A model generated the notes under the pieces. It did no database searches. It was not told where the DNA came from and saw nothing but the letters and a program-made list of their open reading frames with translations. Below are positions 46,394 to 59,479 of a stretch of DNA of 64,000 nucleotides, one piece after another. The stretch covers positions 1 through 64,000 of the forward strand of contig ML992512.1 in NCBI GenBank assembly GCA_010093995.1, read 5' to 3'. Source of the DNA: Elsinoe ampelina (lineage: Eukaryota). The position numbers and the translations under genes were made by a program. Every line of letters begins with the position of its first letter. Within the stretch, counting starts at the first letter, position 1.

Positions 46394-49300
46394 ATGTCTT
46401 TCGGCGGTGGTTTCGGCGGCTTCGGCTCCAACAACAACCAGAATCAAAACCAGACTACTGGCTTCGGCGGATTTGGTGCATCGACGAACAACAACAATAC
46501 CGGAGGTAAGTCATTCCCTGTTTTCCCTTGCGAGATTCTCGGCGATACTGGTTAGCGACCTCTCCTTTCACATGGCTGACATACTTGTCTGCGCGTGCAG
46601 GTTTCGGTTCCTCCACGAACACGGGCTTTGGTGCCAATACCTCCAACACAGGCGGCGGTCTATTCGGCAGCGGCGCTGCTACTACTTCCGGTGGCTTCGG
46701 AGGTATCACAGACAGCTTTGTTCAACATGGAAATTTTTCTGACTTGCGTGAACAGGTTTCGGCAGCACAAACAACAATGCCGGCGGATTCGGTGCAGCAA
46801 AACCCGCATTTGGCGGAACAGGCACCACCGGCGGTGGCCTGTTTGGCAGCAACAACAACACGACAGCTACTTCTGGCACTGGCTTTGGAGGTTTCGGCGC
46901 CACCACGACCAACAATCAGTCCAGCGGATTCGGTGCGTCTACAGGAGGAGGTCTTTTCGGTAGCACTCAAAACAAACCTGCATTCGGCGGGACGAGCAAC
47001 ACCACAGGAGGTGGACTATTTGGCGGAGGAAACACGAACACCGGCACAAGTGCATTCGGGCAGTCCACGGGAGGCTTTGGAGCCAGCACAGGCGGCTTTG
47101 GGCAACAGGCCCAACCTGTAAATCAAGGCACAGCTGCGGTCCCATTCAGTGCACACACGGAGAAGGACACGGCCACGAGTGCCAACAGCCACTACCAGAG
47201 CATCACCTTCATGCAACCTTATCAAAACTTCTCATTTGAGGAGCTACGGCTAGCAGACTATAACGCTGGGCGCAGATACGGAAATGCGAACGGCCAAGCA
47301 GGTGCATTTGGGCAGAGCACGGGCTTCGGTGGTTTCGGTCAAACGAACACGGCCACCACCACCGGGGGCTTTGGCGCCACGAGCAACACAGGAACAGGCC
47401 TTTTCGGCAGCGGTGCAAACAACACATCCTCGCCCTTTGGTGGTCAGAACCAGCAGCAGAATACGACCACGGGTGGCTTCGGCACTGGCGGTGGTCTTTT
47501 TGGCCAGAACAAGCCGGCAACGACTGGCCTATTTGGCAGCACTCCGGCAGCGTCTTCTGCAGCTCCTACCGGGGGCCTCTTCGGTACATCCAACAACACC
47601 CAGACTGGTGGCGGAGCCTTTGGTGGCTTTGGCCAGACCAACACCGCTAACTCGGGCGGCGGATTATTTGGCAACAACAACAATAATTCCACCCAGGCCA
47701 AGCCGTTTGGAGGCTTCGGCGGCACTACCAACAACACGACCACTACTGGTTTTGGCTCAACGAACACAGGAGGCGGCTTTGGGCAGAACAACACGCAGAC
47801 CACTGGTACAGGCCTATTCGGTTCGTCGACTACGAATGCCAATCCTTTTGGCGGCGCGCAGCAGCCTCAGCAGACCACATCTGCCTTTGGTGGATTTAAT
47901 CAGAACCAGAATCAAAACCAGACACAGCAGAACAACACCGGCACTGGGCTATTCGGCGGATTCGGTCAGAATCAGAACCAGCAGAACCAGCAGAAGCCGG
48001 GAGGTCTCTTCGGTTCCACAGCCACGACCGGCGGAGGTCTCTTCGGCAACAACAACCAGCAATCACAACAGCAGAACACTGGCGGGGGTCTCTTTGGGAA
48101 CAACAATCAGCAGTCTGGAGGTCTCTTTGCAGCTAAGCCTGCGACCACCACGACTGGTCTCTTTGGTGCATCGACGAACAACACCAACAGCACTGGCGGC
48201 GGGCTCTTCGGCAACAACAATCAAAACCAGACGCAAACCTCGAGTCTCTTTGGAAACAACAATAACAACAATCAGTCGAAGGGTCTGTTTGGGAACACCA
48301 CAGGCAACACTGGTGGCAGCAGTCTTTTCGGTGGGCTAAACCAGAACAACAATAATAATGCTGGCGGCAGCCTTTTCGGGAATACCCAACAGCAACAGCA
48401 GCCAGGCAATAGCTTGTTCGGTAATTCGCAGCAGAACCAGCAGCAGCCACAAGCCCAGTCCCTCACTGCCTCGCTCATGCAGAACCCGTACGGGAATGAT
48501 CAACTATTCGCGGGTCTTGGTACTCCATCACAGTCGGTCGGACCACTCGCGACCCCGCTGTCGGGAGCTCAGAAGCCAGCGAAACGTGCTCAGGCCATTC
48601 CTGCTTTCAAGATCAACCCCAGCGCTAGCATGAGGCTCATCACTCCTCAGAAGCGTGCGAATGGATATGGCTTTTCCTACTCTAATTACGGGACTCCTGG
48701 TAGTGCCCAGAGTTTCACGCCGGGTCGTAATACCAGTCTTTTCGGTTCTGGCGGTCTCAATCGTCCCTTGAGCAAGAGTCTATCCACCAGCAATCTTAGG
48801 AGCCCGCTTGGCCAGGAAGACAGCGTCTTGAATCCAGGCGCTTTCACCCCAAGCTACCGCCCTTATAGCAGCGGCAACAGCATTCGTAGGTTGAAGATTG
48901 ACCGCAGCCTGCGCACCGATCTTTTCGGTACCGAAACCAGTGAGCGTAGCAACAAGCACGTTAGTTTCGATGCTTCCAACGCAGCCAGCAATGGCATTGG
49001 TGGCTCGCAGACGAACGGTGATGGCGCCAAGCCTGGACCTAATAACGCCTTGGTTCGCACTGAGAGTGATGGTCCAGAGCCGACTCCGGAAGAGCTCGGA
49101 TTCGTGCGTAGCTCGCGTTCAGCACCAAAAGAGAGCCGCTCCAACGGCACAAGCCGTCCAGAGATGGAGCAGGTTCGCGGCAACGAGCTTGCCATTGTCC
49201 CTGAAGACGAGCAGATACCCGCGTCGACACAATCTGCACCCGCCAAGCAGCTTCGCAAGGATCAACACGATCAAGAAGCTGGAGAATACTACATGATCCC

Positions 49301-52300
49301 CTCCCTCCAGCAGATTCGCGAAATGTCGCGCGACCAGCTGCGAAACGTCTGTCCCTTTATAGTCGGGCGCACCGGCATCGGCAAAGTCGAGTTCAGCAAG
49401 GTCGACCTTAGCACAGTGGAACTCGACAAAATCATGGGCGACATTGTGAAGCTCAACGTACGTTCTGCGACTGTGTACGAGACCGGCGTCAACACACCAC
49501 CGGAAGGCAAAGGTCTAAACGTGCCCTCACGTATCACTCTTGAGAACTCCTGGCCTCGATCAGGTGGCGGCCGACTTCCCGTTCATGAGCGCAAGGGCCC
49601 ACGGTACGAGAAGCATGTCGAGCGCCTCAAGCGAGTCAATGGTACTCAATTCATCGACTACAAAGCAGAAACTGGAGAGTGGACTTTCCAAGTGCAGCAT
49701 TTCACTACTTACGGCCTGGATGATGACGACGATGAGGACGAGACCATGATGGACGAAAGTGAAGCAGTGGCTCCTGGTACGCTCACCCCAAAAGCAACCA
49801 CACCTGTTGTAGCGACTGATGACTCGGCTCAGCAGATCGATACCTCAGCGATGAGCCCTGCCAATTCTGATCCTGACGACACTTTTGACTTCAAAAAGAG
49901 CGGCAAGACTATTCCGGGCGGATTTGGTCAGCAGCCGCTTTTCGAGGACGAGGAGATGACTGCTCCTGTCGCTCATGAGGATGAGATTAGTGAGAATGAT
50001 TTGGGTGAATCGATGTTGGAAGATCCGTTCAACCTCAGCAGTGGCAGTCAAGGTCTCATTTCACCACCGGAGACGGACGACGAGGAGAATCAGGTTGTTG
50101 GCGCCTTTCCAGAACCCATCGCGCCTCCAAAATCAATCCTCAAGGGACACACTCTGGCTGGTACTCCCGTCAAGGAAAGGTTTGAGCTGAACGACAATTG
50201 GGCGGAGCAGCTGCAGCGCACAGTCAGCCCTCGCAAGCAAGATCGACGAGCTCTTCGTGAGCAACAAAACCTATTCGACAATGGAGGTATTCCGACCAAC
50301 GCTACCCTCGGCCGCTCCACCAACGGTCCCGCCTTCACCACAACAATGGACATAATGAATTCAATCTGGAATCAGCCCAGTAATGCATCAGTCTGGGGCA
50401 AGAGTCAAGCGCAAGGTCAAAAGGGCTTCGAGGTTTGATTTCCCCTCCCTGCACATATTCCCTCGTCTACACGGCAAAGTCGCTTTGGAATTCCGACTTC
50501 AGAGCATTTGCCGCATCCTTCGAAGCTCTATATAGATTGAAGAATGAATACTGAAATTGTACTCACAGTGGCCGTACCAGAATCGCACCAATGGTGACCT
50601 CAATACAAGCAACATGAACGAAGCCGAACAAGCCTTTCACGCGTCGGTGAAGCCAAATTGGACCTCTGATGGGACATTGGTGTATGCTTCTGCTGGCAGC
50701 AATCCAGCACTGGCCAGTGGCATACTTGTCAATGCGAAGAAGAGCATTGTGGCTGAGGGAAAGGATGTCCGCTTTGCGCAGCTGCAGGCACCATCTGATG
50801 TGAGTCTGATGCTCAGCTTCCCACGATCTCACTGACAACCATAGACGCTAGGTCAACCACTACAAAGGCAGCTTTCTGCGGACTCGACCTTGATCTCTAC
50901 TGATGCAAACCACATTCCTGCAGCGAAGACCAAGGGTAGCGCTGTCAAGTTCAAGGATCTCGCGTCAGCCGTATCGGGTGCTTCAGAAGCTTCGACCCGT
51001 GAGCGAAATGTGTGGCAGCTTGCATCACTCCTTTTTGATCCAGTTGAGGATTCCTGCCAGGACTACATCGGAGGCATACCTCCTTCCGAAATCGGGCGGT
51101 ACGAAGAACAAGTTCGTCGGGAAGCAGTTCTGGACTTCTGGCGTAGCATTACTCGTGCGAAGGCAATGGACGACATACGCGACGCACCTTCTTCCGAGCA
51201 CAAGGCGATTGCTTGTCTCAGCTGCGGCGATGTTGAAGGGGCATGCGCGACACTGGTCGAAGGGAAGAACTTCCACCTTGCCACAATCGTCTCACAATTG
51301 CCACTCGACTCCAAGGCTAAAACTGTGGTCAAGCAGCAAATCTCTACATGGCGCTCACAGAACGTCTTGTCCGAAATCCCTCCCGCGATCCGGGCGATTT
51401 ACGAGATCGCCTCTGGTAATCCTTGCATTAGCGAAGGCAAATCGGGAGCTGCCGAGGACAAGGCGCCAACGTTCAGCATCTCGGAGCAGTTCAAACTGGA
51501 TTGGAAGCAGGCCGTGGGACTCCGGCTCTGGTATGGAGACGATGACATCAACGCTGCGGTCCAGAACTTTGTCACCGAGGCCTCGAAAGGTGCAGAGACG
51601 AAGCAAGCGATTCCAACGGCCGTGGTCAATGTTGAGAAGGAGAGCCTCGATAAGCATCAGGATGGACTGTTGGTGCTTCTGCGTCTTTTCGGGAGTCTAC
51701 GTAACTCGTCCATTGCTGCGCCGACGGCCGAAGACCTTTTCTCTCCACTTGCGATCACGGGCCACCCACTGAATGCAAGACCATCATGGCAGCTGGCGAC
51801 CGTCTTGCTGGCCAACAAGATTATCTCGTCCAAGCTAGCTTCCAACAGCCATCTCGACATTCTCGCAACTTCCGTGGCGCACCAGCTCGAGGCCATATCT
51901 ACCACCGACTCCATCCTTGCCGCCACAACAATCCTCTCTCATCTCTCTACCGCGTCACTCCGCAAGTCAGCCATCACTTCCCTCCTCACCCGTCGCGCCT
52001 CGCTACTCACAACCAGCACACACCCTTTCGCCACCGATCCCTCTTCCGACACTACCCTCTCATACCTCACGAACTGTTCCATCCCTGCATCCTGGCTTCA
52101 CTCGGCCCGCGCCCTCCTCTCCGCCTCCACATCCGACTTCTCCTCCCAAGCCGCCCACCTCCTCCTCGCCAACGACACCTCCGGCGCCCACGACGTCCTT
52201 ACGCAACACGTCGGCCCCACAGCCATCATCTCCCGCGACCATGACGCTCTCCGCGAACTCCTCGGGCACTTCCCCCAAGACGCCACCACGTCCATCCCAG

Positions 52301-52641
52301 GCTGGAAAACCGGCGGCGCGGTCTACTTCGACTTCATCCACCTCCTTGACCTGACGGGCCGTCGCGGCCGCGACGTGGAACGCGAGAAGGCGCAGCTGGT
52401 GAAGCGTCTCGCCGGTGCCTTGCCCGCTATGGCGGCGGGACAAGGGAAGATGGGGCTGGAGGAGCGCGTGGCGGTGGCGGAGATGAGTCGGGTCGTAGGG
52501 GAGGAGGCGAGGGGTGTGGGTGAGGAACTGGGGAGTGAGGGCGAGAAGAGGGTGAGGCGGTTGCCGGTTGCGGACGATGGGTTTGCGAGGCAGGGTGGGA
52601 AGTTGTGGGGGTTGTACGGGAAGGCGTTGAGGGTTGGGTAG
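46394..52641 (+). CDS. NUP98: Nucleoporin Nup98-Nup96 precursor (SonB/Nup145/Nup189-like); introns 46506-46600, 46703-46755, 50433-50568, 50800-50844
   Basis: FG/GLFG repeats; GLEBS motif (QSITFMQPYQNFSFEELRLADY); autoprotease domain GKGLNVP.RITLEN...GEWTFQVQHFT (HF|T at 49698-49706); Nup96 region (NFHLAT, LDWKQAVGLRLWY, GWKTGGAVYFDF). Splicing keeps the frame. Confidence 0.95.
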
Positions 52642-52992
52642 AGGGGAGCAGGGATGGGATTGGGGATGGGTAGAGGGGAGCAGCGATGGGATGGGGGATG
52701 AGGGGAGAGGAACGGGAGGGAAGGATGTATAGGGTTGGAGGACGCATGGCGAATAATGAAAGGATGACAATGGGCGGCAGTGACTTCTGCAACACGAGTG
52801 GAAGGATTACAACCTCGTTTCAAACGAGGAAGTGTAGCATTAGAGATCACAGGCATCAAGCGAAAAGTTAAAGTGTCTTTCCAAACTCCCATTTGCCATA
52901 AACTACACAATGCATGCTCATTGACATTGAAATTGTATCTACACGGACGAGACTATGCATAACACCGTTCTACCTCAAACGGAAGTATGAAT

Positions 52993-54606
52993 CTACTGTC
53001 CTGGTGCAACCAGACCGCCCTTCTGCAGGGTATCATGCGCCCAACCACCCGCCAACGCCTCGCCGCCGCTCTTCTTCGCGTTGTCGGCGATACGAGCCTC
53101 GAGCTCGGGCCGGAAGTGGCGGATCAGACCCTGGATGGGCCAGGCAAAGGCCTCGCCGAGAGCTGGAGATGTCAGTACATTGACACACGGCAGGCGGGAA
53201 GAGTGGGATCGTGCTTACCGCAAATGGTGTGTCCCTCGACCTGCTTGGTCAGCTCTTGCATCATGTCAATCTCCCTCGCGCGAGCCTTTCCCTGCTCGAA
53301 ACGCTGCATGATCTGCTCGGTCCACTTGCTGCCTTCTCTGCAAGGTGTGCATTGGCCGCAACTCTCGTGGTGGTAGAACTTGCTCAGACGGGCGATCGCG
53401 CGGACGACGTCGGTGGATTGGTCCATGACGATGACGGCGGCGGTGCCGAGACCGGATTGGCTGTCCTTGAGAGCGTCAAAGTCCATGAGCTGGGTGTCGC
53501 AGACTTTGCGTGGGAGGATGGGGGTGGAGCTGCCGCCGGGGATGATGGCTTTGAGGTTGTCCCAGCCGCCGATGACGCCGCCGCAGTGCTTGTCGATGAG
53601 CTCTCGGAGGGGAATGGACATTTCTTCCTCGACGGTGCAGGGGTTGTTAACGTGGCCGGAGATGCAAAAGAGTTTGGTGCCCGAGTTGCGTTCGCGACCG
53701 AAGGAGTTGAACCAGTTGGCTCCACGACGGATGATGGTTGGGGCGACGGCGATGGTTTCGACGTTGGCGACTGTGGAAGGACATCCGAAGAGACCGACGG
53801 CGGCGGGGAAGGGTGGCTTCAGGCGAGGCTTGCCTGGCTTGCCCTCTAGTGATTCAATCAATGAGGTTTCCTCGCCACAGACATAGGCACCCATCCCACG
53901 GTGGACGAAGACATCAAAGTCGTATCCTGAGCCGCAAGCGTTCTTTCCGATGAGTCCGGCGTGGTAGGCCTCCTGAATGGCTCTCTGAAGCACGGTTGCT
54001 TCGTGGTAAAATTCGCCACGAATGTAGATGTATGCGGCTGTGCAGTTCATGGCACGACCAGCGACCAGACATCCTTCGATCAGCTTGTGTGGATCCTTTC
54101 GCATGATCTCTCGATCCTTGCATGTTCCAGGCTCACCCTCATCTGCGTTGACGACAAGATAACGTGGCTTATTGTCCTTTTCCCAATCCTTAAAGTTCAT
54201 GAATGACCACTTCATGCCTGATGGAAAGCCAGCACCACCTCGTCCTCGAAGGCCAGATGCCTTGATCTCGGAAATGATCTGACGACAGTCAGCTTGTGTC
54301 GCAATTTCGCCCATCCACACTTACCCAGTCATGGCCCTTGTCTATAATTTCCTTCGTCTTGTACCAGTCTCCGTACTTCTGTGCGCTCTTGAGATCGGCT
54401 CCGTGGTGGCCATACAAGTTCTGGAAGATACGGTCCTGGTCTTTGAGGCCTCGGCTATGTGACGCGGGTGGGAGATCTTGGACCGTGGCGAGATTTCTCG
54501 ACTGTGTTGAGGCTGCTGTTGCTTTGGCTGTGGCGGAGATGGAAGGTACGGTTCGGCGTGATGCTGCAGATAGAGCCTGCGCTGCGGGCGCTGTCCGCGA
54601 CAACAT
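52993..54606 (-). CDS. NDUFV1: NADH:ubiquinone oxidoreductase 51-kDa flavoprotein subunit; introns 54279-54324 and 53163-53218
   Basis: Mitochondrial presequence; [68 protein letters not shown] after splicing. Confidence 0.97.
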
Positions 54607-55712
54607 GGTGATGAAAAGTCGCCCTAGGTATTGAGGATGGCTATCGACGTGGTCGGGATGAGTGGCAGGTGAGAGGGGAGGGATCAATGGAACAGATACA
54701 GTGAACCCTTTGAGCTTGACGACATTTCGAGATCGCGTGGCAATTGCTAAACTCTGATTCGCCAGATTCCCAGATCTTGCCCCACTTTGGCCTTCCTGCC
54801 AGATCTGGATGCTCGTTTCTCCCTTGCATTTCCACTGTCCTTATTGAAATACTGCCTCGCTCAGGGACTACGGTCGATCTATTCCTGCCCACTTATTGTG
54901 TAAGTCGGCACGCAGCGCTGCTGTCCGCTCTGCGGCGAAGCGACGCTGAGAATGTGGTTCATTCGGGCAACCCAGATCACGTGACAGCTACTGGTGGAGC
55001 AGGACATTCATAGTCACATGGAGGTTATTCCGAGTGGAGCTCTGTTCTCGGAGGAAGGTTGACATGAAGCTACCTGTTCATGAGACATATATATATCCAG
55101 GCACGCACTAAAGCATAGAAGTGTGCAGATGGTCAGCGAAGCGCAAGCGAGCATCTTTGAACTGCCAGAGAAGTTGGTCAGAGCCGTCTCCAAGATTGTT
55201 CTGAGCATGTATCTAGATTGCCACGCTTCGAAATTCAACGCATGGAAAATACATGGGATGTCCTCTTCAATCCGCTTGAGAAACTTGAATTGGAGTGACG
55301 AAAGATGATTTCTCTTGGCAGCCGAAGTCCACCATTGCTTCATTTTCTAGATGATTCTGAACAACCAAAAAAGTCCTCAAACTCTCCGCCCTGTAATTCT
55401 TGCTTTCTCCTCCTCCACCGACAATCAACTACAGGTGAGTAATGTTGTAGATGGTTTTTGCATTTCATACCCCTACAAGATGAAAAATACAGCTGGCACC
55501 AGGCCTAGAAAGACTTGTACTCTTTTTGCTGCGGAATAGCTTTGCATGGACAAAGTCCTCAATTCTGATCATTCAATATCTTCACCCAACTCAGCTGCCA
55601 CATGGCTCGAGTCTGCTCTGACATCTTAGTAGTCTCTATCAATACTCATACCCGACAACTCGCTACATAGTCCTTGGTCTCTCATTCATCGGCAATCTGC
55701 CTTCCTCTCGCC

Positions 55713-56702
55713 ATGGTCCTCCACAATCCAAACAATTGGCATTGGGTGAACAAAGATGTCTCACAATGGACGAAAGAATACTTAGAAAAGGAATTGACCG
55801 GCCTGAGAGTGGAGGGTGATGGTGCATCAGCTCAGATATCAAAGGTGCTCAGCATGGACGGAGATGTGGATGTCAGTCAGCGGAAAGGCAAGGTTATCAC
55901 AATCTTTGACGTACGACTGCAATTGGAGTACACTGGTGAGACGAAAGATGAGGAGGATGTCAGTGGTACCATCACAATCCCTGAGGTCGCGCATGACACA
56001 GATGAGGACGAGTACGTGTTCGAGGTCGAGATATATTCGGAAGCCTCGTCGAAAACACCAGTCAAGGACTTGGTGAAGACCAAACTTACACCAATTCTTC
56101 GAGAAAGGTTCCAAAAGATTGGCCCTGCTCTGATCGCAGAGCATGGCAAAGACATCCAACATGGCGCGGAAAACCAGCCCTCGCTTGCCCCTCTGCCCAA
56201 GTACTCCTCTTCATCACACATTTCGAAATCCGGTGCATCCTCGAATGGAACTACTACAACCTCCACAAGCTCAGAGGGCCCTGCTGTCAACACTACTAGC
56301 CTGACCGAACAAGAAGAATTCAGGACTACCGCCGCGGAACTCTACCAGACCTTTACCGATCCGCAACGGATAACAGCGTTTACTCGGGCACCGCCAAAAG
56401 TCTTCGAAGGCGCGAAGCAAGGGGGTGCCTTCGAGCTCTTCGGTGGCAACGTGTCGGGTAGCTACACCAAGCTCGAGGAGCCGACGTACATTGAACAAAA
56501 GTGGAGGTTGGGCTCATGGCCAAAGGGTCATTACAGCACGCTTAAGATCAAGTTCGAGCAGAACGACGTCGATGCTGTGACCGTCATGCGGGTCGATTGG
56601 GTGGGTGTACCTGTTGGTCAGGAGGACTCGGTGAAGAGGAACTGGGGCGAATACTACGTCAGGAGCATCAAGACGACTTTCGGATTCGGCACTGTCCTGT
56701 AG
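55713..56702 (+). CDS. AHA1: Hsp90 co-chaperone Aha1, single exon, 329 aa
   Basis: MVLHNPNNWHWVNKD, VSQRKGKVITIFD, HGKDIQH, C-terminal YYVRSIKTTFGFG. Confidence 0.95.
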   Translation: MVLHNPNNWHWVNKDVSQWTKEYLEKELTGLRVEGDGASAQISKVLSMDGDVDVSQRKGKVITIFDVRLQLEYTGETKDEEDVSGTITIPEVAHDTDEDEYVFEVEIYSEASSKTPVKDLVKTKLTPILRERFQKIGPALIAEHGKDIQHGAENQPSLAPLPKYSSSSHISKSGASSNGTTTTSTSSEGPAVNTTSLTEQEEFRTTAAELYQTFTDPQRITAFTRAPPKVFEGAKQGGAFELFGGNVSGSYTKLEEPTYIEQKWRLGSWPKGHYSTLKIKFEQNDVDAVTVMRVDWVGVPVGQEDSVKRNWGEYYVRSIKTTFGFGTVL

Positions 56703-56825
56703 ACGACCTCGTTCCAGAGCCGGCAGACGAAGCAGCATAGCGATTACGACCCTCATAGAAGCCACGTGAAAAATGTAAAATGTCAATAACCAATGATCCA
56801 GTGGTATCTCGCTCTCCCGTATCCT

Positions 56826-57930
56826 CTACTCCTGCAATGCGTCATTCAAATACTCCACAAACAACCTCCCCACCCTCTTCTTCACCACCTCACTCGTCCT
56901 ATTGATCGTCACAAACTGCCTCCTCAACCTCTGCAACTGCGGCCCCCTCACCCCCTCCATCGGCACCTGCACAAACAACTCCTCCCCATCCCCCACCCCC
57001 TCGACCCTAACCCTCACCCTTCCCCCCTCCCCTCCATTCTCCCTCCCCCACCCCTCCACCTGCCTCACCACATCCCCACACACCCGCTCCAAATAAGGCA
57101 AATACCCCTCCTCGCTCGCCTTCTTCAGCACCGTCGCCTGATGCGGCTTGACCGTCTTTCGCCCTCCTTCGCCGCCCACAACGGCTTCCCAGATGGCGTC
57201 GTAGGGCGGGTCTGGGTCGTCGTGCGGCACGACGAAAAGAGGGGAGTCCCATCTGTTGAGCCCGTTGGGTTCTTCGTGGCGGAAGACGAGGTTGTCGAAT
57301 TGGGGTTCGGGGTAGCCGCCTGTGCCGGACGCGAGGGCGTGGGCGTTTAGTTCGCGGCAGACGGAGGGGGGGACGGCGGGTTGGAGCTCTTGTCTGTTAG
57401 TTTTCATGTCGCTCACTACTTCTACTTCCACCCGGGCTTGGTCGGGGGCTGCGTATGGTCCTGGCTGACTGCCTGCGTACTTCTCCTTCGACCCGGATTG
57501 TGTGACACCGAGGAACATGGGCAGGGGAAGGAAGAAAGACTCACCACACATCCCCCGTCCCCCGCCTCCCTTCGCTCGCAGTACATCTGATACCTAAACC
57601 CTTTTATGTAATTCATCCCGTCCGCAATGACGATCGTGTCCCTGTTCAACTCCCGCTTCACCGCCGACGCGAACGCCGCCCGCGCATCTTTCTCTTTCCT
57701 GCCGGCGTCGTAGGCGCTCCTGTCGAGACCGAGAGAGGCGTCGGAGATGTGCACGACTTTGAGGCGTTGAATCGACGGAGAGGAGGAGGAAGAGATGCGG
57801 GATTGGAAGTTGGTGAGGAGTTGCTTGGAGCGGTGGGTTTTGCCGGAGGAGGGGAGGCCGGAGAGGAGGATGAGCTGGGGAGGTCAGTCGAGGGATGGAG
57901 GGGAGGAGGTAAAGGGGGCCGTACGGGCAT
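56826..57930 (-). CDS. KTI12: Elongator-associated ATPase Kti12; intron 57875-57924 and a second from 57544 to about 57389 (acceptor uncertain)
   Basis: MP|LILLSGLPSSGKT P-loop, IVIADGMNYIKGFRYQMYCE, LVFRHEEPNGLNRWDSPLF, LQRLRRQFV.IN. Confidence 0.9.
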
Positions 57931-58147
57931 TTGCGCGGGTTTGAGGTGGTGATTTTGTCAGATGGAGGGGCAGGTGGGATGGACTTTTTGGTGGGGAGAT
58001 GAGCCACAGGTCGTGGTTCACAGGATGTCTGAACCGGACAACTATCAATGTTACACATTCTCACTTGCACTCAGACAGGCAACAAATGAGGATGTTACTT
58101 TTGTTTCATTCTTGTTGAATAACCAACGTGTACTCTACTTGATCTAT

Positions 58148-59479
58148 CTACAACCTCACCTCCGCAGCAGCGGGACCAGCACCATCAAAGAAGACCTCGT
58201 CGAGGTAGCTCAAGATGACACGCTGACCAGCGAACTGCTCCAACACGTTAGGCCTGATCTGCTCAGGAGGCAAGACAAAGCCAAAGTCACCAGTATCACG
58301 GAGCTCAATGGTGTACGCGAACTCAGCCTTGCCGACCTCGTAGGCGTGATCCACAGATGAGCCGGTGGTGGTGTAAAGGACAGCACCGCTTGGGCCGAAG
58401 GTGTACTGAGCGTCAATGTCTGAGGCTGAGCGAATGGCGTCGGCGGCGTCGGCGGCGGTCTTGGTCCACTTGCCGAGCTCAGGGGCGTAGAGAGTCTCGT
58501 TGTAGCCGTATGGTGACAGGATATACTGGCCGTAGCTGTGCCAGTCGATGTACAGCTTGATGCCCTGAGTGTCGCGAAGCTTGAGCAGGAAGTTGTTCAT
58601 TCCAGTATTCTCGGGCGTGTCGAGAGGTGCTTCACCCTTGTAGGTCTGCGAGCACGGGTTGGTGGAGGCACCGCGGGTATTAGCATCCCAGGCGAACGGC
58701 CAATTGCGGTTGTTGTCACGACCGAAGCAGGTCTGGTTCGTAGCGTTGGCTGGAGGAGGCTGACGGTTTTTGCGCCACAGACGGTTCGAGGTCTGTGAGA
58801 AGACGAAGCCATCAGGGTTGACGAAGGGCAAGACATAGACGTCGTACCTGTCGAGGACAGAGCGAGAGAAGTTGTCGCCGGCTTTGTACCCATTGATGAG
58901 CTCGCGGGTGATGTACTCGGTAGTCATGGCGGTGATCCATTCTCGAGCGTGTACCGTAGAGTGGTAGAGGATGGCTGGCTTGCCAGGTCCGCTGGAGCCC
59001 CAGATGTGGAGACCGAAGATGTCACGGCCTTCGTATGAGGTACCAGAAGAAACCTTCTCCGACTGGTTCGGGAAGGATGCCTGCAGGTCATCCCAGTAGG
59101 CGATGTGATCCTCGTATGGGTGGTAAGAGTCATACCAAGCATCATCGCCGACTTGACGCTTGTAGATAGAAGGCCGAGCTGACTCCTGCCTGATAGAGTG
59201 ACCCAGATCCTCATGCATCACATGACAGTCGAGGCCGAGGGACTGGAAGTCATGAACCTGATGAGGAGCAATCGCCACATCCATGTACTTGTCGATCTTG
59301 TTGTTCCATGGCTCAGCAGAGAAGCGGGAAAGCTTCTCCTGGATGGCTGACAATTGCTTGCCAGTCTTCACACGAAAGACTTTGTATCCGTCATAAGATG
59401 CAGGTCCCAACCCCATGTCAGGGATGGACACCGCAGAAGCGGCTGTAGCCAAGAGGGTAGTGAGAAGAAAACCCTTCAT
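58148..59479 (-). CDS. Secreted zinc carboxypeptidase, M14A family, with propeptide
   Basis: Signal MKGFLLTTLLATAASA; pro-region ending KR; HAREW, NPDG, WRKNR, DNNRNW, DWHSYGQ, YTIELRD..FGFVLPP.QI. Confidence 0.93.
   Translation of the reverse strand: MKGFLLTTLLATAASAVSIPDMGLGPASYDGYKVFRVKTGKQLSAIQEKLSRFSAEPWNNKIDKYMDVAIAPHQVHDFQSLGLDCHVMHEDLGHSIRQESARPSIYKRQVGDDAWYDSYHPYEDHIAYWDDLQASFPNQSEKVSSGTSYEGRDIFGLHIWGSSGPGKPAILYHSTVHAREWITAMTTEYITRELINGYKAGDNFSRSVLDRYDVYVLPFVNPDGFVFSQTSNRLWRKNRQPPPANATNQTCFGRDNNRNWPFAWDANTRGASTNPCSQTYKGEAPLDTPENTGMNNFLLKLRDTQGIKLYIDWHSYGQYILSPYGYNETLYAPELGKWTKTAADAADAIRSASDIDAQYTFGPSGAVLYTTTGSSVDHAYEVGKAEFAYTIELRDTGDFGFVLPPEQIRPNVLEQFAGQRVILSYLDEVFFDGAGPAAAEVRL

Noticed and set aside
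46394..48450. Repeat array resembling a CRISPR or minisatellite
   Set aside because: These are the coding FG/GLFG repeats of Nup98 in a eukaryotic gene.
49698..49706. HFT instead of HFS at the Nup98 autocleavage site as loss of function
   Set aside because: Thr keeps the hydroxyl nucleophile, and to my knowledge HFT is common in filamentous fungi.
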